NCBI GenBank assembly: GCA_963755715.1
Contig: CAVWLW010000069.1
Location: forward strand, 146,890 to 210,889
Direction: 5' to 3'
Source of the DNA: an uncultured delta proteobacterium
Lineage (GTDB): Bacteria; Desulfobacterota; Binatia; UBA9968
DNA: 64,000 bases
Shown: positions 61,159 through 64,000 of the stretch, in pieces
How positions within the stretch are numbered: the first letter of the stretch is position 1
Layout of the letters: each line of letters starts with the position of its first letter
Translations under genes and position numbers: made by a program
Notes under the pieces: model-generated
What the model saw: the letters and a program-made list of their open reading frames with translations, nothing else
The model's database searches: none
Told to the model about the DNA's origin: nothing

Positions 61159-62293
61159 TCAATGGCCTATTTGACAGGGAGTGACCTCGCAACTATCTGA
61201 AAGGTTAGCGAAAACCCCCTTCTCCCAATATGCCCTGCAATTAAAGATATCGGCGAAACTCAAACTGCTATCGGATTTATCGGAGTTCAGTTCTTTCAAG
61301 GAGCCATAAATTTCACTCCGTGTCATTGGATAAACTCTTCTGGCTCCAAGTGACAATTTCCGGCTGATCCCGCCATTCAGATGATTGGGAAACCGAAAGG
61401 GATAATGAATATTGCGCAAAACAATCGCCGCATTTACGTATCTTGAAAAATCGCTTTGGAAGTGCCAAAAGGCAATTTTTTGATTGTCAACATAGCAAGT
61501 GTTGCCGTCACTTAAAAATTCCAATCCCGCATCCTTGGAGAGCTGAATTTTTGCGTGTGAATCAAAATAGAGCGGATTCTCCATATAGAATAAGCTTAGG
61601 CGCTTTACAAATTCTAAAGGACTGTCCTGAATGATTCTCCCAGTATGGATCAAATGAGATAACAAATCCTGATCGTGAGAAATAATTCGTCGATCCCGGC
61701 TGCCTGCCCATCTCTCTCGAAAGGATTCCTCCCAGCCTACTCTTTCCTGCCAAGCTAGCGCCGAGTAACCTTCAATGTCCCGATGGAACTTTGCCAAGTT
61801 CTTCGCAATAACATTCGAACCAATCATAGTTTGTAATCGTCACAAAAGCCGGACATCCCTGCAACACAAAAGTCAGGCCTGTGACGTCATTTGCAATTTC
61901 TTCAGGTCGTGCATTGAAAATAATGTCTCCATCGATATGAAAAATCTGTTCTTTGATATTTTCTGTCTTCACGTAGTGTAGTAATGCCGGCCATCGCAAG
62001 AACCAAAGCATTCCAGTCTTCCCGAACCGATCGAGCTTTTGGAACGCTTTCATCAACCGTCGGCATTCAGAGGAGAAATTTATCAAGTTAAAGCCAACAG
62101 CCTTAAGCTTGGATATGAAACTGTTAGAAAGTTGATCATAGCCCTCCAAGAAGATTATATTGAATGTTTGGTTCGAGCCTTGTCGCCTCAGATGATTCCC
62201 TAAAAATAGTAAAGGCACTTGTTCTTCGAAAGAGTCACCGTGCTGATTTTCGTTGAGCCAGGCAAAAATGAAGAACATACGGTTAACAGGCAA
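61159..62293 (-). CDS. Hypothetical protein, possibly glycosyltransferase-like, one frameshift
   Basis: HIDGD (DxD-like) and FLRW. Frames join near 61795 (EELAKFHRD). Confidence 0.5.
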
Positions 62294-62330
62294 AAGACTT
62301 TTGTCGGAACTGGCTCTCTAAAGACATGCT

Positions 62331-62500
62331 TCAGAATCGCTCTTTTTCCTCGAAACCTGTGTAGGGACCTTGTTTTACCTCAAGAAAAACCGTGTCCTCT
62401 ATCATACGAAAGCCGTGTCCGCCGTCGACCATCAGCATGATATCACCCTGCCACAGCTCACGGGTCGCGACTAACTCTCGCGCGTTATCGAGGATCACCG
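62331..62500 (-). pseudogene. 5'-truncated small cupin of sugar-biosynthesis clusters
   Basis: GDIMLMVDGGHGFRMIEDTVFLEVKQGPY with the N-terminal half absent. Confidence 0.6.
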
Positions 62501-62767
62501 TACTCTCACCCCACAGGCTTCCCCGCGCCAAGAATCTATCGATGTGCCGTAACAACAATGTCGAACTTGTCGGACTTTAATTCGTCAGGTGACAGGTCTT
62601 CAATAAAGGTTATGTTATTTGCTCTGATTCCATGATCCAATATGAAAAATAGATAGTCATTTCGTGGAATTAATGCGGTAAAGCGATGAGAAGTTGACAG
62701 AACCCTGTTGTATCAAAATCATCGAATCTAATCTGCCTCCATCGGATCAATCCGGATCCGTCTGGTT

Positions 62768-63866
62768 TCACTTCGTATTTTCCCGATAAGCGCAATCCGG
62801 AAAAGATGCAAACAAAACAACACATAGGAATCCCAGTGAAACCAAAACATACTCACCGAGTTTCGTTTTTGTGAAAGGACGAGGTACCCAGTGATGTATG
62901 GCAAAAGCAGCAAACGAGGGATAGAAAAATGTATATTCCATCATCTTGTCACTCTGAATATTATTGATAACTCCGTAAACAAAGGCACCGGCTGGTAGAA
63001 TAAGAGTAGCTAGGATAATCATTCACAAAGACTAATTGGTATATGCTTACGGAATATCTCGAATATTCCCTTAACGGCGAACAGCAAAAGCACTAGGGTG
63101 GTCGGCTTTGCCGCTTGCGAAATAGCTGTCTCCAGATATGGACGTATGACCCGAGGAGAATGTTGGAACGTTGCGATTTGAGATGATGCTTGCGGAAAGT
63201 ATGTTACGCAGGCGCTCAAAAATGCTTCCTTTGTCGGGTACGCCAACAGATACCCATATAGAGCATGAAGTGCTCCCATTACAATGGCTAAAAAGGCGAT
63301 CAGCGTTACTTTGTCGGCTTTCTCTTTCCTTATGAAGCGAAGGAAGAGAATAAAGACCAGAATAATCTCCGCACCAGGCCTGAAGAGGCTAGAGACGAGT
63401 AAATTAACCACCCCGGCAATTTCTCTGTGTAGATGAAAGTAGAGGTACAAACCGATAAACGCGAAGGGAATACTGAATGCAGGATTGTCGCAATTGACGA
63501 CGATCTGGTCCCAATCAATATTTATCGAAAACCCCAGGAACGCGATCCAGGAAGCACCTCCAGTGCGCTCGCCCAGCGACAAAGTGGCAACCATGAACGC
63601 GTTCAAAAGGATCGCCAGTAACGTCAGATATTGAAAATTATGCGTGAGCTGGTACACGGAGCCAAACAGCGCGATGCTTAGCAACTTGGGCTGTGTCCGC
63701 CATCATAGAGACCATAGATCGACGGGTTAACAAGCTTGACGAACTGGACCGCCGAAAGCATCGAATCTCCATCCCAGCCGAAACCGCGACAGTACAAAAA
63801 AATTCCGTACAGAGATGCTGAAGCGATAAAATAAAGGAAGAAGCTAGACGATGGCAGCTTTGTCAT
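62768..63866 (-). CDS. Polytopic membrane protein (GT-C-like?), multiple frameshifts
   Basis: Three abutting hydrophobic ORFs with WDGD after the first TM helix and an RP motif. It probably extends further 3'. Confidence 0.5.
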
Positions 63867-64000
63867 GATTCGAGAGTCTGATCGTCGACGCGACCGTAAT
63901 CCGTCCGCAAGTGCGTCGCTAATTAAGGTAGCTCAGTTTGCGACGAAACTACCAGAGAGCCGTTCAAAGCCATCCAAGAAGAGCAAATGAAAGACTTGGT

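Noticed and set aside
1-64000. CRISPR array, rRNA, intact transposase or prophage
   Set aside because: No regularly spaced repeats or recognisable genes of these kinds were seen.

Overview
Bacterial chromosomal window of about 55% GC by eye, becoming more AT-rich after ~61 kb. The gene repertoire (orphan NMT1/SsuA-type binding proteins, amidohydrolase, bicupin, hopanoid genes, several sigma54 regulators) resembles Ca. Binatia or 'Deltaproteobacteria' soil genomes, which is my inference only. Layout: (1) 0-3.3 kb holds a sigma54-driven C2HC zinc-finger microprotein and a decayed ~2.5 kb island inserted at the 5' half of tRNA-Sec, with two tyrosine-integrase scars. (2) 3.5-21.7 kb is a hopanoid cluster (hpnH, hpnA, hpnB, hpnG, shc, one-step squalene synthase, ispA) interrupted by a 1328-aa FGGY kinase / 2-hydroxyacid dehydrogenase / SCP2 / class II aldolase fusion, two ferritin-like diiron proteins and two hydrolases. 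(3) 22-33 kb is a catabolic block with orphan binding proteins. (4) 33-50 kb holds two-component and sigma54 signalling genes, including a pseudo-kinase / pseudo-activator pair and tandem ExeA-like ATPases. (5) 50-64 kb is a surface-polysaccharide operon. Inside it lies a compact RiPP-like cassette: PqqD/RRE, an unannotated 71-aa Tat-signal / YxxP peptide ending in Ser, an HprK-like kinase and a nucleotidyltransferase, with no lasso cyclase in the window. This cassette and the four-domain fusion are the best candidates for undescribed systems. Several frameshifts, denser toward the right end, may be sequencing errors.
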